DNA of 64,000 nucleotides from a virus (Duplodnaviria; Heunggongvirae; Uroviricota; Caudoviricetes): IMG/VR virus record IMGVR_UViG_2861069343_000001; one strand, 5' to 3'. Shown piece by piece: positions 13,352 to 24,422 of this stretch (position 1 is its first letter; each line of letters starts with the position of its first letter). The notes under the pieces were generated by a model. It saw only the letters and a program-made list of their open reading frames with translations, ran no database searches and was not told where the DNA came from. The position numbers and the translations under genes were made by a program.

Positions 13352-14060
13352 AGGAACCGATGACTTTTTCGTGGATTTCCACGGAGCGCGAGAAGCAGAG
13401 TGTTTTACGTGTCAGCCGCTTAATGCGGGTGGTAGGGTCAGGTTGTTACGTTCAATTCGCTGCGTGAAGATTTTTCCGGTCAGGTGTTTCTTCTTCGGCA
13501 CTTCTTTGGCGTAGCTCCCCCAGTCATCGGAGGTCAGCATTCCAATGTTAAAGGGCGCGAGTAACGCCAGTAATTCACGACAGGTTTCATCGGTACGTGG
13601 ACCAAAAGTGTAGGCCAGCACGCCCCCCCGTTTTGGTGTTGTACGCATACCAGAGCCAGTGCTGCCGGGCTTTACTGCCAACGAAGCTCCATTGCTCATC
13701 AAGTTCGCAGATAAGCGCCACATCAGCATGTGCAACGGGTGAGGAGGTTATTCGCTTCGGGGAGAGTTTTTTTAAAGTTCTGATGACGGTGTTGATGCCA
13801 ACCTTCAGTGTTCTGGCGGTATCACGGACACCTGCGCCGTTATGAGCCATTTCAACGATCTGCTCCTTCACGCCGGGCCTTCAGGCTTCATAAGAGTAAT
13901 CGCTCTGGAAAACACGTTTACATGAGCGACAACGAAAGCGCTCATGCCTGGAACAACTACGACCATGTAGATAAACTTTATCTGAATTACAACGCGGACA
14001 ATGAACAGTAACGGTAGCCATGGCAAACCTAAAATACCAATAGACTATCAGAAGTTTCTA
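13300..14060 (-). mobile_element. degenerate IS1-family element (InsA/InsB-like with multiple frameshifts)
   Basis: manual translation gives InsA-like zinc finger (HCPRCNSDKVY...CRSCKRVF), then InsB-like segments (DEQWSFVGSKARQHWLWYAY; FTQRIERNNLTL) in three frames; ends not defined. Confidence 0.55.
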
Positions 14061-14246
14061 TCTATCGAGAGCATAACCGATTAGATATTAACTTAGGTGC
14101 CAACCAAAATAAGAATACCCTCATATGTAGCTGTCAAAGCTTCAGTTTTCTTGCTGGACAAATCGAGGTGGTTTTGATAAAAAATGATTTTTTTGCTTTG
14201 GCCTTTGTGAATGATCTTGTGTAGGGCTCACTGGTGAGGGGTTACA

Positions 14247-15884
14247 ATGAGCAATATTAAATATCGTAAAGATATTGATGGTTTGCGTGCGGTAGCAATA
14301 TTGCCTGTATTGCTTTTTCATGTTGGGTATTCTGGATTTAGTGGTGGATATGTTGGTGTAGATATATTCTTCGTTATCAGTGGGTATTTAATTACAAAGA
14401 TTTTAATAAACGATATTAATAATGGAACCTACAGCCTGTTAACCTTTTACGAAAGAAGAATTAGGCGGATAATTCCGGCGCTAACCTGCGTTATTTTATT
14501 TGTTTTGATTGCATCCCCTTTATTCCTTGCCCCGGATAACTATTCCTTTCTACCAAAAGAAATAATAGGGACTCTTCTTTTTGCTTCGAACATTGTCAGT
14601 TTCTTAAAGTCTGGTTATTTTTCGACTGATGCAGAACAAAGACCTCTACTTCATACATGGTCTTTGGGCATAGAAGAACAGTTTTATATTATATCCCCGA
14701 TCGTATTATTTTTATCATTTAAATACTTTAAATCAAGAGTGGGTTTAATTCTTTCGCTATTTGCTATTGTATCTTTTGCGTTCAGCGTAATTCTTACAAA
14801 GAACCATCCTACAGCATCATTCTACCTTATTCCTACAAGGTATTGGGAGCTGTCTTTCGGTGCTCTTGCAGCTGCTGGCGTATTCAAAAAAGCGAAAGGG
14901 AGGCGCCAAAACGAGGTGCTTTCCATTCTTGGTTTGTTGCTAATATTATTTTCTATATTTACATTTACATCGAAGACTGTTTTCCCAGGTTACGCCGCAC
15001 TTCTACCAGTGCTTGGCGCAACCCTTATTATACTGAACGCAGAGGATACCCTCGTTGGGAAAATGCTAGCTTTAAAACCGTTAGTCTTTATCGGTGTGAT
15101 TTCTTATTCCCTTTATTTATGGCACTGGCCGCTGGTAGTCTTTTCTCATGATAAATATATAATAGATCTCAACTTATCAAGAGAGATGTTGGTTGTTTTA
15201 TCGATTTTAATCGCCTGGTTTTCAACAAGATTTATTGAGGCACCTTTTAGAAACAAGCAGTCATATGATAGAACGAGAATTTTCAAATATTCTAGTGTTG
15301 CATATTCATTACTATTTTTAACCTCGTTAGCAATATGGCCTCTTAAGGGATGGACAGATAGACTTAGTGATGAAAAAGCATATATTTTATCCTCAACCAA
15401 AGACTACAGCCCTGTAAGAGACAAGTGCCATTTCAGTTCAGGTGTTCCGGAAACTACGCAGTATTGTATTTTAGGTGTAAAAGATATTGAGCCAAGCTTG
15501 TTTGTTTGGGGTGATAGTCATGGGGCCGAGATATCCTATGCGCTGTCTAAATTGACAAGCGTGTATACAGCCACTTACTCAGCGTGTCCGCCAGTAGTCG
15601 GATTCACTTCAACCGAAAGGCCGGAGTGTCAAGCTCATAATATGCGCGTTCTTGATTTTATTCTAAATAATAAAAAAATTAAAAATGTAGTTCTTGCAGC
15701 CAACTACAACAAGTATGAAGGAGATGAGAAATACAGTGGTTTTGTAAAAGGTTTTGAAAATACAGTAAAGAAACTTACCGACGGTGGTAAGAGAGTAACA
15801 GTTTTAGACCAGATTCCATCTCCTGGCGTAAACGTACCCAACGATTTAGCAAATGCAAAGTTCATAGTTAATAAGAGTTTCTAG
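14247..15884 (+). pseudogene. O-antigen acetyltransferase OafA-like (acyltransferase-3 + SGNH), 5' part, interrupted by IS2
   Basis: 545 aa; multi-TM acyltransferase_3 N-terminus (DIDGLRAVAILPVLLFH), C-terminal SGNH (VWGDSHGAE); stop codon TAG supplied by IS2 left end; low GC. Confidence 0.8.
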
Positions 15885-15972
15885 ACTGGCCCCCTGAATC
15901 TCCAGACAACCAGTATCACTTAAATAAGTGATAGTCTTAATACTAGTTTTTAGACTAGTCATTGGAGAACAG

Positions 15973-16302
15973 ATGATTGATGTCTTAGGGCCGGAGAAAC
16001 GCAGACGGCGTACCACACAGGAAAAGATCGCAATTGTTCAGCAGAGCTTTGAACCGGGGATGACGGTCTCCCTCGTTGCCCGGCAACATGGTGTAGCAGC
16101 CAGCCAGTTATTTCTCTGGCGTAAGCAATACCAGGAAGGAAGTCTTACTGCTGTCGCCGCCGGAGAACAGGTTGTTCCTGCCTCTGAACTTGCTGCCGCC
16201 ATGAAGCAGATTAAAGAACTCCAGCGCCTGCTCGGCAAGAAAACGATGGAAATGAACTCCTCAAAGAAGCCGTTGAATATGGACGGGCAAAAAAGTGGAT
16301 AG
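15973..16302 (+). CDS. insC: IS2 OrfA (InsC), apparently altered C-terminus
   Basis: [26 protein letters not shown]... HTH transposase OrfA; C-terminal reading differs from what I recall for canonical InsC. Confidence 0.7.
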
Positions 16303-17200
16303 CGCACGCGCCCTTATTGCCCGGGGATGGGGAGTAAGCTTAGTCAGCCGTTGTCTCCGGGTGTCGCGTGCGCAGTTGCACGTCATTCTCAGACGAACCG
16401 ATGACTGGATGGATGGCCGCCGCAGTCGTCACACTGATGATACGGATGTGCTTCTCCGTATACACCATGTTATCGGAGAGCTGCCCACGTATGGTTATCG
16501 TCGGGTATGGGCGCTGCTTCGCAGACAGGCAGAACTTGATGGTATGCCTGCGATCAATGCCAAACGTGTTTACCGGATCATGCGCCAGAATGCGCTGTTG
16601 CTTGAGCGAAAACCTGCTGTACCGCCATCGAAACGGGCACATACAGGCAGAGTGGCCGTGAAAGAAAGCAATCAGCGATGGTGCTCTGACGGGTTCGAGT
16701 TCTGCTGTGATAACGGAGAGAGACTGCGTGTCACGTTCGCGCTGGACTGCTGTGATCGTGAGGCACTGCACTGGGCGGTCACTACCGGCGGCTTCAACAG
16801 TGAAACAGTACAGGACGTCATGCTGGGAGCGGTGGAACGCCGCTTCGGCAACGATCTTCCGTCGTCTCCAGTGGAGTGGCTGACGGATAATGGTTCATGC
16901 TACCGGGCTAATGAAACACGCCAGTTCGCCCGGATGTTGGGACTTGAACCGAAGAACACGGCGGTGCGGAGTCCGGAGAGTAACGGAATAGCAGAGAGCT
17001 TCGTGAAAACGATAAAGCGTGACTACATCAGTATCATGCCCAAACCAGACGGGTTAACGGCAGCAAAGAACCTTGCAGAGGCGTTCGAGCATTATAACGA
17101 ATGGCATCCGCATAGTGCGCTGGGTTATCGCTCGCCACGGGAATATCTGCGGCAGCGGGCTTGTAATGGGTTAAGTGATAACAGATGTCTGGAAATATAG
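16295..17200 (+). CDS. insD: IS2 OrfB transposase (DDE integrase core)
   Basis: 301 aa starting [14 protein letters not shown]...; GTG start in -1 frame relative to insC. Confidence 0.9.
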
Positions 17201-17216
17201 GGGCAAATCCAGTTTC

Positions 17217-17438
17217 GCTTATGATGATACAACCTTTAAAAAGATTGAATTTGAGAACGGTGTAAATATATTCCATTTTGAAAAATACTTATGTGACCGT
17301 GATTCTTGCTCTATGATGTATGAAAATTACCCTGTCTTATTTGACGACAATCATTTATCTTTAACTGTTGCTAAGATTATGGCTCCTCACATATATGAAA
17401 TGATTAGTGATAATAGAAAAGAAAATGAGAGGTTTTAA
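17217..17438 (+). pseudogene. 3' fragment of the IS2-interrupted acyltransferase gene
   Basis: in-frame continuation (AYDDTTFKKIEFENG...) once IS2 and one GTTTC copy are removed. Confidence 0.7.
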
Positions 17439-17698
17439 ATATTACTAAAAATTAAGTAAAATAGTTAAATCACCCACAGGCCGCGTTTTGGCGCCAGTGG
17501 GTGATTGTGAAGTTTAACATTTATGTATGCAATTAAAATTCTCTTTTATTTTTCCTAAGAAGTTATTCCTAATTTTCTTTAACATATAATCCAGAGTTTC
17601 AATGCGTTATGTTAGGGCGGCAAGTTGATAGGCGCGACCTCTCTTGATCTGCCTCCCAGATAAAACTATTATATTTGCAACCAGTATTAACCAAGAGA

Positions 17699-17998
17699 CT
17701 ACTGTACTCCTTTATTCAAATTGATTAGATTGTTACGAAAAGAAATACCATCCTGAACCACTCCATCGAACTCGTGCAAGGGAGTAAAATATGAAACTGT
17801 TTCGTTTACATTCACGGACGAGTTATTAGATTTCACTGTGATGGTTTTCATTCCGAATATTTCGAAATCGATCTCCTGGCCTGCCGTGAGGTTTGTGGTT
17901 GGTAGTATAATGATAAATTCTGATGTGTTATTGTTTATTAAATATGATGCATAATCTGGTGATGCTTGAGGTGTACTGGCAATAGCAGACACTACCAT
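17699..17998 (-). CDS. hypothetical protein, AT-rich
   Basis: 99-aa ORF in AT-rich accessory island. Confidence 0.3.
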   Translation of the reverse strand: MVVSAIASTPQASPDYASYLINNNTSEFIIILPTTNLTAGQEIDFEIFGMKTITVKSNNSSVNVNETVSYFTPLHEFDGVVQDGISFRNNLINLNKGVQ

Positions 17999-18008
17999 TT
18001 GTTCTTTT

Positions 18009-18449
18009 TTAAGCAGCTATCTGATGATATTTTTCCCTGAAGGCTGCCGGGGAGATATTCCCCAGACGAGAGTGACGACGCTGACGATTGTAGAAAATCT
18101 CAATGTATTCCCGTATTACTGAGATGGCCTCATCCCGGCTATTAAAACGATAGTGGCTCAGGCTCTCATTTTTCAGCGTTCCCCAGAAGCTTTCCATCGG
18201 AGCGTTGTCGTAACAGTTACCTTTACGCGACATTGATGTTTTCAGACCAAACTGCTCCTGTATGACCCGGTAATCGTATGCGCAGTACTGTGAACCTCGA
18301 TCGGAGTGGTGGATTAGCCCGGCAGGTGGGCGCTGGCTCCTGAGCGCCATAAACAGGGCTTTACCTGTCAGCTCTTTTGTCATGCTCACAGGCTTCATCA
18401 TAGTTATTTGCCAAACCAAGCACGGATGGACGGTCCCACGCGCCACCAT
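18009..18449 (-). pseudogene. IS3-family transposase OrfB C-terminal fragment
   Basis: LIHHSDRGSQY...NCYDNAPMESFWGTLKNE integrase-core motifs; N-terminal part and OrfA absent. Confidence 0.65.
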
Positions 18450-18735
18450 TCAGACAATAAACAACAATTTTCCCGTCATGTTCTGTAACCCCATAGGGAT
18501 GGTCCCACCAGGCGTCCAGCTGAGCTTTAGAGCGTTTCTCGTTAGGAGTGCAGTCAAAATTTTTGGGCAATACAGGATCGAGAGGAATGCGGGCAGGCAT
18601 AGCTAATTCCTTATTAACTGATTGGCAACGAGGTTACGCTGATCCGTTGGTGATGAATAGTAGCAAAGAGCACAAAATCATCAGCGGTGGTTGATGTACG
18701 TAACGCGTTTGCACCAAAGGTGTCTCTTTAATGTA

Positions 18736-18755
18736 TACTGTATAAATGAACAGTA
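18736..18755 (+). promoter_or_regulatory. LexA (SOS) box upstream of humD
   Basis: TACTGTATAAATGAACAGTA matches CTGT-N8-ACAG. Confidence 0.6.
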
Positions 18756-18774
18756 TTATTGAGGTGAAAACGCT

Positions 18775-19164
18775 ATGGGCTTCCCTTCTCCTGCGGCGGA
18801 TTATGTTGAAAGCCGAATTTCTCTTGATCAGCAACTAATCAGGCATCCATCAGCAACCTACTTCATGCGGGCAGCTGATAGCCATCACCGTGAGGGAATA
18901 TTGCAGGGTGCTTTGCTGGTGGTTGATTCCTCGCTTACTCCGGTTGATGGTTCTCTGCTTGTGTGCGCTATGGAGGGTGAATATCGCATAAAGAGATACA
19001 GGAAGTATCCGCGCCAGCACCTGGAGGATTTAAGCACCGGGAAGAAAGAGGCGTTACCAGTAGATGACGATGGATACACGGGCAGTAATGCTGTTTTTGG
19101 TGTGATCACTCATGTCATCAATGATGCCAGAAGTGGGGAGTTTGATGATTGTCCGGTTATTTAA
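18775..19164 (+). CDS. humD: UmuD'-like translesion synthesis accessory protein
   Basis: 129 aa; S24 peptidase/UmuD C-terminal domain-like (VVDSSLTPVDGSLLV...GEYRIKRY). Confidence 0.75.
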   Translation: MGFPSPAADYVESRISLDQQLIRHPSATYFMRAADSHHREGILQGALLVVDSSLTPVDGSLLVCAMEGEYRIKRYRKYPRQHLEDLSTGKKEALPVDDDGYTGSNAVFGVITHVINDARSGEFDDCPVI

Positions 19165-19236
19165 GCTGCAAAGGGCTGGTGCTTTATGCCTGTGAAGTTT
19201 ATAATTGTGTACACATAACGAGTACACGAGGTGTTT

Positions 19237-19458
19237 ATGCAATCCATTAACTTCCGTACCGCGCGTGGCAACCTTTCTGAAGTGCTCAACAATGTTGAAG
19301 CCGGGGAAGAGGTTGAAATCACCCGCAGAGGCCGTGAGCCAGCAGTAATTGTCAGCAAGGCTACTTTCGAAGCCTACAAAAAAGCGGCGCTGGATGCTGA
19401 ATTTGCATCCCTGTTTGACACCCTGGACTCCACCAACAAGGAACTGGTTAACCGATAA
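19237..19458 (+). CDS. phd: Phd antitoxin
   Basis: 73 aa from [39 protein letters not shown]; stop overlaps doc start (TAATG). Confidence 0.9.
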
Positions 19459-19838
19459 TGAGGCATATATCACCGGAAGAACTTATTGCGCTTCATGATG
19501 CGAATATAAGCCGCTACGGCGGCCTGCCGGGAATGTCTGATCCGGGTAGGGCAGAGGCCATTATCGGGAGAGTTCAGGCCAGAGTTGCCTACGAAGAGAT
19601 CACCGACCTTTTCGAAGTCTCCGCCACCTACCTGGTGGCTACAGCGAGAGGGCATATATTCAATGATGCCAATAAGCGTACCGCGCTAAACAGTGCGCTG
19701 CTATTTCTACGCCGTAACGGGGTGCAGGTATTTGATTCACCTGAACTGGCAGACCTTACCGTAGGCGCTGCGACTGGCGAGATATCTGTATCTTCTGTCG
19801 CCGACACGTTACGTAGATTGTATGGTTCTGCGGAGTAG
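19458..19838 (+). CDS. doc: Doc toxin (Fic-fold kinase)
   Basis: 126 aa; [11 protein letters not shown] Fic-like motif. Confidence 0.9.
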
Positions 19839-20049
19839 ATTAATGGCACGCAAATACAACAAGTTGTCCCGTGAAGCGTTAAAGATGCTTCTTGATGGCG
19901 TGAGTCGCCGCAAGGTAAAGCAATACCTGGTTGGTAAGCAAATTGGTGCCAGGACAGCTATTGCTGTGTTATGCCGTCAGGAAATGGTTGTGCTTAAACA
20001 GAGAATGCCGGGCAGCAGATAAAGCCCAATCAGTGATTAAAGGTGTGAT

Positions 20050-21093
20050 GTGAAAGCCGTAATTACTCCATTTGTACAGAAAGAGCTTGGCCTCGCCACG
20101 TTCAAAGTGGATCAGGAGGTCAGAAAGCTGGTGGAGGCTGGCCGTAAATTTATTATGGAGCCGGTGCCGCGTGAGTTAATCGAGCACATGGAAGACGGCC
20201 TCGTTGTTACCGAGCAAACCATGGCAACAAATGAGGCGTTGCAGCCGTTTTTTAACAGCGATGAACTGTTTCGCCGTATTGGTGGAATTGACGCGCTGGT
20301 GGCGTGGTTGCGTAGGAAAGAGGGTCAATGCCAGGCCGCAGATCGTAGTTGGTGTGACAACCATATTGTCCACGCTGAACGAGACAATAGCGCGGTGTTG
20401 TTGTGCTGGCATCACGATAACCATTACCGGATGCGTGGTTTTAATGAGCTGAAAGAAACGCTGCACAATAATCGCGTTAACTGGATACTGGATGTCGCCC
20501 GTCAGGAAATGGGCCTTTCAAATAGCCATGATTTAAGTATTCAGGAGCTGTGCTGGTGGGCTTTCATGCGCAACATGATGCACCTGATGCCGGAAGAAGT
20601 CTGCCGCATATCAATAAATAAGATGAAGGCTACTCCGCAGGATAGCGGACCTCTGAAAGAGGCGGATATTCGCCCGTATGACGATCGCGCTACAGCATAT
20701 GTTCAGATGATGGAAGAACGCGCCGCGCCGATGCGTGCAAAAGTATGCCCTGTGGATGTTGACTCCGACCCTGGCATGGCGCATTTCAAAATACCAAAAC
20801 TGCAATCGCTAAAATTACCTGAGTACATGGACTTTGTTGCTTCCCGTCCATGCTGTGGGTGTGGAGCTGCGGGAGCTGGCGCTCACATTACGCCTTATAT
20901 CGTTCGTCATAGTCGATTATGCGCGCATGACATTTACGCAATTCCTCTGTGCCAGTCATGCCAGCGTGATATTGAGCGTGACCGCGATAATTGGGAGAAG
21001 ACGCACGGTAGGTTGGCGATGCATCAACGATTGTTCTTTGATTACGCGCTTGGAGTGGGCGTTATCACAAGTCATTCGTCGAGTGTTAGATAA
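20050..21093 (+). CDS. hypothetical protein downstream of doc (pdc-like position)
   Basis: 347-aa ORF; Cys-rich C-terminus. Confidence 0.45.
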   Translation: MKAVITPFVQKELGLATFKVDQEVRKLVEAGRKFIMEPVPRELIEHMEDGLVVTEQTMATNEALQPFFNSDELFRRIGGIDALVAWLRRKEGQCQAADRSWCDNHIVHAERDNSAVLLCWHHDNHYRMRGFNELKETLHNNRVNWILDVARQEMGLSNSHDLSIQELCWWAFMRNMMHLMPEEVCRISINKMKATPQDSGPLKEADIRPYDDRATAYVQMMEERAAPMRAKVCPVDVDSDPGMAHFKIPKLQSLKLPEYMDFVASRPCCGCGAAGAGAHITPYIVRHSRLCAHDIYAIPLCQSCQRDIERDRDNWEKTHGRLAMHQRLFFDYALGVGVITSHSSSVR

Positions 21094-21094
21094 A

Positions 21095-21111
21095 ATTGCT
21101 CTAATGTATTG
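21095..21111 (+). promoter_or_regulatory. C1 operator-like site upstream of lpa
   Basis: ATTGCTCTAATGTATTG, 13/17 to consensus. Confidence 0.5.
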
Positions 21112-21181
21112 CTATTTCTTTAATCTAGGGTATTATATTCCACGTTGATTAGTTGACATGGGCTAATCAGTAGGTGACAGG

Positions 21182-21634
21182 ATGTTACTTAACTGGCAGG
21201 GACGCCACTTCATGGAAATAAATCACTCACGAATAACATCGTACGAGATTGCGGATTACATGATCCGCACTAAATCTCTTCTATCAGCGAAAGAACTCGC
21301 AGCAATTCTTGAAAAGGAATACCCGCATCTGGATGTCGATAAGCGCGATGTTTATCTGCGCTTAAAGGCTATCGCTGTGTCTAAGTATTCGTCTGTTTTG
21401 ATAGATGACAGTACACGCCCACGTAGATTTCAGATCCACTCTCTGAATCCTGAATTCTTTCGCCGTAGCCGCGCTCCGCGCCGGTTTGATGAAAAACTCC
21501 AGAACGAACTCTATATGACGCAGGACGAAAAGGAACGCCGGGAGCACCAGCCTTGGGTAATGGCGCGTCAACTTTTCAATAAGGTGGCCCGTCAGCACCG
21601 TCATTACGGTAATGCCACATCCGCACGTATCTGA
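21182..21634 (+). CDS. lpa: late promoter activator
   Basis: 150-aa ORF immediately upstream of pacA and preceded by operator, as in P1. Confidence 0.6.
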   Translation: MLLNWQGRHFMEINHSRITSYEIADYMIRTKSLLSAKELAAILEKEYPHLDVDKRDVYLRLKAIAVSKYSSVLIDDSTRPRRFQIHSLNPEFFRRSRAPRRFDEKLQNELYMTQDEKERREHQPWVMARQLFNKVARQHRHYGNATSARI

Positions 21635-21719
21635 TTGATTGCTTGCCCGTTCCGGGCCTTTTGACATGTGACTTTCGTTACCCTCGCGTCAAAAAGAGTT
21701 TTTACGAAAGGAAGCATAA

Positions 21720-22913
21720 GTGACCTGGGACGATCACAAGAAGAATTTTGCTCGCCTGGCGCGAGATGGTGGTTACACCATCGCACAGTATGCCGCCGAG
21801 TTTAATCTTAACCCTAATACCGCACGTCGTTATCTCCGTGCCTTCAAAGAAGACACCAGGACTACGGACAGCCGCAAGCCAAATAAGCCAGTCAGGAAGC
21901 CACTAAAAAGCATGATCATTGATCACTCTAATGATCAACATGCAGGTGATCACATTTCGGCTGAAATAGCGGAAAAACAAAGAGTTAATGCCGTTGTCAG
22001 TGCCGCAGTCGAGAATGCGAAGCGCCAAAATAAGCGCATAAATGATCGTTCAGATGATCATGACGTGATCACCCGCGCCCACCGGACCTTACGTGATCGC
22101 CTGGAACGCGACACCCTGGATGATGATGGTGAACGCTTTGAATTCGAAGCTGGCGATTACCTGATAGATAACGTTGAAGCGCGGAAGGCCGCGCGCGCTA
22201 TGTTGCGTCGGTCCGGGGCCGATGTTCTGGAAACCACTCTTCTGGAAAAGTCTCTTTCTCATCTCCTTATGCTGGAGAACGCCAGGGATACGTGTATTCG
22301 CCTAGTGCAGGAAATGCGCGATCAGCAAAAAGACGATGATGAAGGTACTCCGCCTGAATACCGTATCGCGAGCATGCTAAACAGCTGTTCCGCGCAGATA
22401 AGCAGCCTGATCAACACCATTTACAGCATCCGGAATAACTATCGAAAAGAAAGCCGGGAGGCGGAAAAGCACGCTTTATCTATGGGGCAAGCTGGCATTG
22501 TTAAGCTGGCATACGAACGAAAGCGTGAAAATAACTGGTCAGTGCTGGAAGCGGCTGAATTCATCGAGGCGCATGGAGGAAAAGTGCCGCCCCTGATGCT
22601 GGAGCAAATCAAAGCCGATCTGCGTGCTCCTAAGACCAATACCGATGATGAGGAAAACCAAACAGCATCTGGCGCTCCATCACTTGAAGATCTGGATAAA
22701 ATCGCGCGAGAACGGGCCGCCAGCCGCCGCGCTGATGCGGCATTGTGGATTGAGCATCGTAGAGAAGAAATTGCCGATATCGTCGATACAGGTGGTTATG
22801 GTGATGTCGATGCGGAAGGCATATCAAACGAAGCATGGCTTGAACAGGATCTGGACGAAGACGAGGAGGAAGACGAAGAAGTTACCCGCAAACTGTACGG
22901 GGATGATGATTAA
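21720..22913 (+). CDS. pacA: packaging protein PacA (terminase small subunit), contains pac site
   Basis: 397 aa (GTG start); pac hexamer cluster lies in 5' part of gene. Confidence 0.85.
21913..22071 (+). other. pac site: 4 + 3 TGATCA/G hexamers with Dam GATC
   Basis: TGATCA at 21913, 21920, 21932, 21947; TGATCG at 22043; TGATCA at 22055, 22066. Confidence 0.8.
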
Positions 22914-24397
22914 TGGCCAGAAGTTGCGTAACGGACCCACGTTGGCGCGAGCTGGTGGCGCTATATCGTTATGACTGGATTGCGGCCGCTGATGTGTTGT
23001 TTGGGAAGACACCAACCTGGCAGCAGGATGAGATCATTGAGTCCACGCAGCAGGACGGCAGTTGGACAAGTGTGACCTCCGGCCATGGTACTGGTAAATC
23101 GGATATGACGAGTATCATTGCAATACTCTTCATCATGTTTTTCCCCGGCGCTCGCGTCATTCTGGTCGCTAACAAAAGACAGCAAGTCCTTGATGGTATT
23201 TTCAAATACATAAAGAGCAATTGGGCTACTGCTGTTAGCAGATTCCCGTGGTTGTCGAAGTATTTCATTCTTACAGAAACGTCTTTTTTTGAGGTGACTG
23301 GCAAGGGTGTTTGGACAATATTGATAAAGTCCTGTCGCCCCGGAAATGAGGAGGCGTTGGCTGGTGAACACGCCGATCATCTCTTGTATATCATCGACGA
23401 AGCGTCGGGTGTGAGTGATAAAGCATTCAGTGTGATAACAGGTGCGCTGACCGGTAAGGATAACCGTATTCTGCTTCTTTCCCAGCCTACGCGACCTTCA
23501 GGCTATTTCTACGATTCACACCACAGACTAGCTATTCGCCCGGGAAATCCTGATGGATTGTTTACTGCGATAATACTGAATAGTGAAGAATCTCCGCTTG
23601 TAGATGCAAAATTTATACGAGCAAAACTTGCGGAGTATGGCGGTCGTGATAACCCCATGTACATGATCAAAGTACGTGGTGAATTTCCCAAATCTCAAGA
23701 TGGCTTTCTTCTTGGTCGTGATGAGGTTGAGCGGGCGACGCGGCGAAAGGTCAAGATTGCCAAAGGATGGGGCTGGGTTGCATGTGTTGACGTTGCTGGT
23801 GGCACAGGACGAGATAAGTCCGTTATTAATATCATGATGGTGTCCGGCCAGCGAAATAAACGCCGTGTAATCAACTATCGTATGCTGGAATACACAGACG
23901 TTACAGAAACGCAGTTAGCCGCCAAGATTTTCGCAGAATGTAACCCAGAACGGTTCCCGAACATAACCATAGCTATTGATGGCGATGGCTTGGGGAAATC
24001 GACGGCTGATCTAATGTACGAACGCTATGGCATTACCGTCCAGCGTATCCGCTGGGGTAAAAAGATGCACAGCCGTGAAGATAAAAGCCTTTATTTCGAT
24101 ATGCGCGCTTTCGCGAATATTCAGGCGGCAGAAGCTGTAAAATCAGGGCGTATGAGGCTTGATAAGGGGGCTGCGACTATAGAGGAAGCATCAAAGATAC
24201 CGGTAGGGATAAATTCCGCAGGTCAATGGAAGGTGATGTCAAAGGAAGATATGAAGAAAAAACTCAACCTGCACTCACCGGACCATTGGGATACATATTG
24301 TTTCGCTATGTTGGCGAACTATGTTCCCCAAGATGAAGTGCTTAGCGTCGAAGACGAAGCGCAGGTTGATGAAGCTCTGGCATGGCTTAATGAATAA
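22913..24397 (+). CDS. pacB: packaging protein PacB (terminase large subunit)
   Basis: 494 aa; coupled to pacA; ATPase-like region IIDEASGV. Confidence 0.8.
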
Positions 24398-24422
24398 CAA
24401 TTTGACCATGCCGGATGGAAAA

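Larger units (their letters stand above)
15882..17211 (+). mobile_element. IS2 (IS3 family) insertion sequence, complete
   Basis: ends TAGACTGGCCCC ... GGGGCAAATCCA; 5-bp direct repeat GTTTC at 15877-15881 and 17212-17216; insC/insD inside. Confidence 0.9.

Noticed and set aside
13300-14060. Canonical IS1 (as carried by P1 next to ssb)
   Set aside because: The element here is at a different location and is divergent, with several frameshifts; it is called an IS1-family remnant rather than IS1.
15951-15965. TGACTAG-like motif near the IS2 left end as a late-promoter element
   Set aside because: It lies within IS2 terminal sequence; the resemblance to the motif at 38645 is probably coincidental.
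18361-18600. 79-aa minus-strand ORF abutting the IS3 fragment
   Set aside because: It may be the remnant of a gene truncated by the IS; no recognisable motif, so not called.
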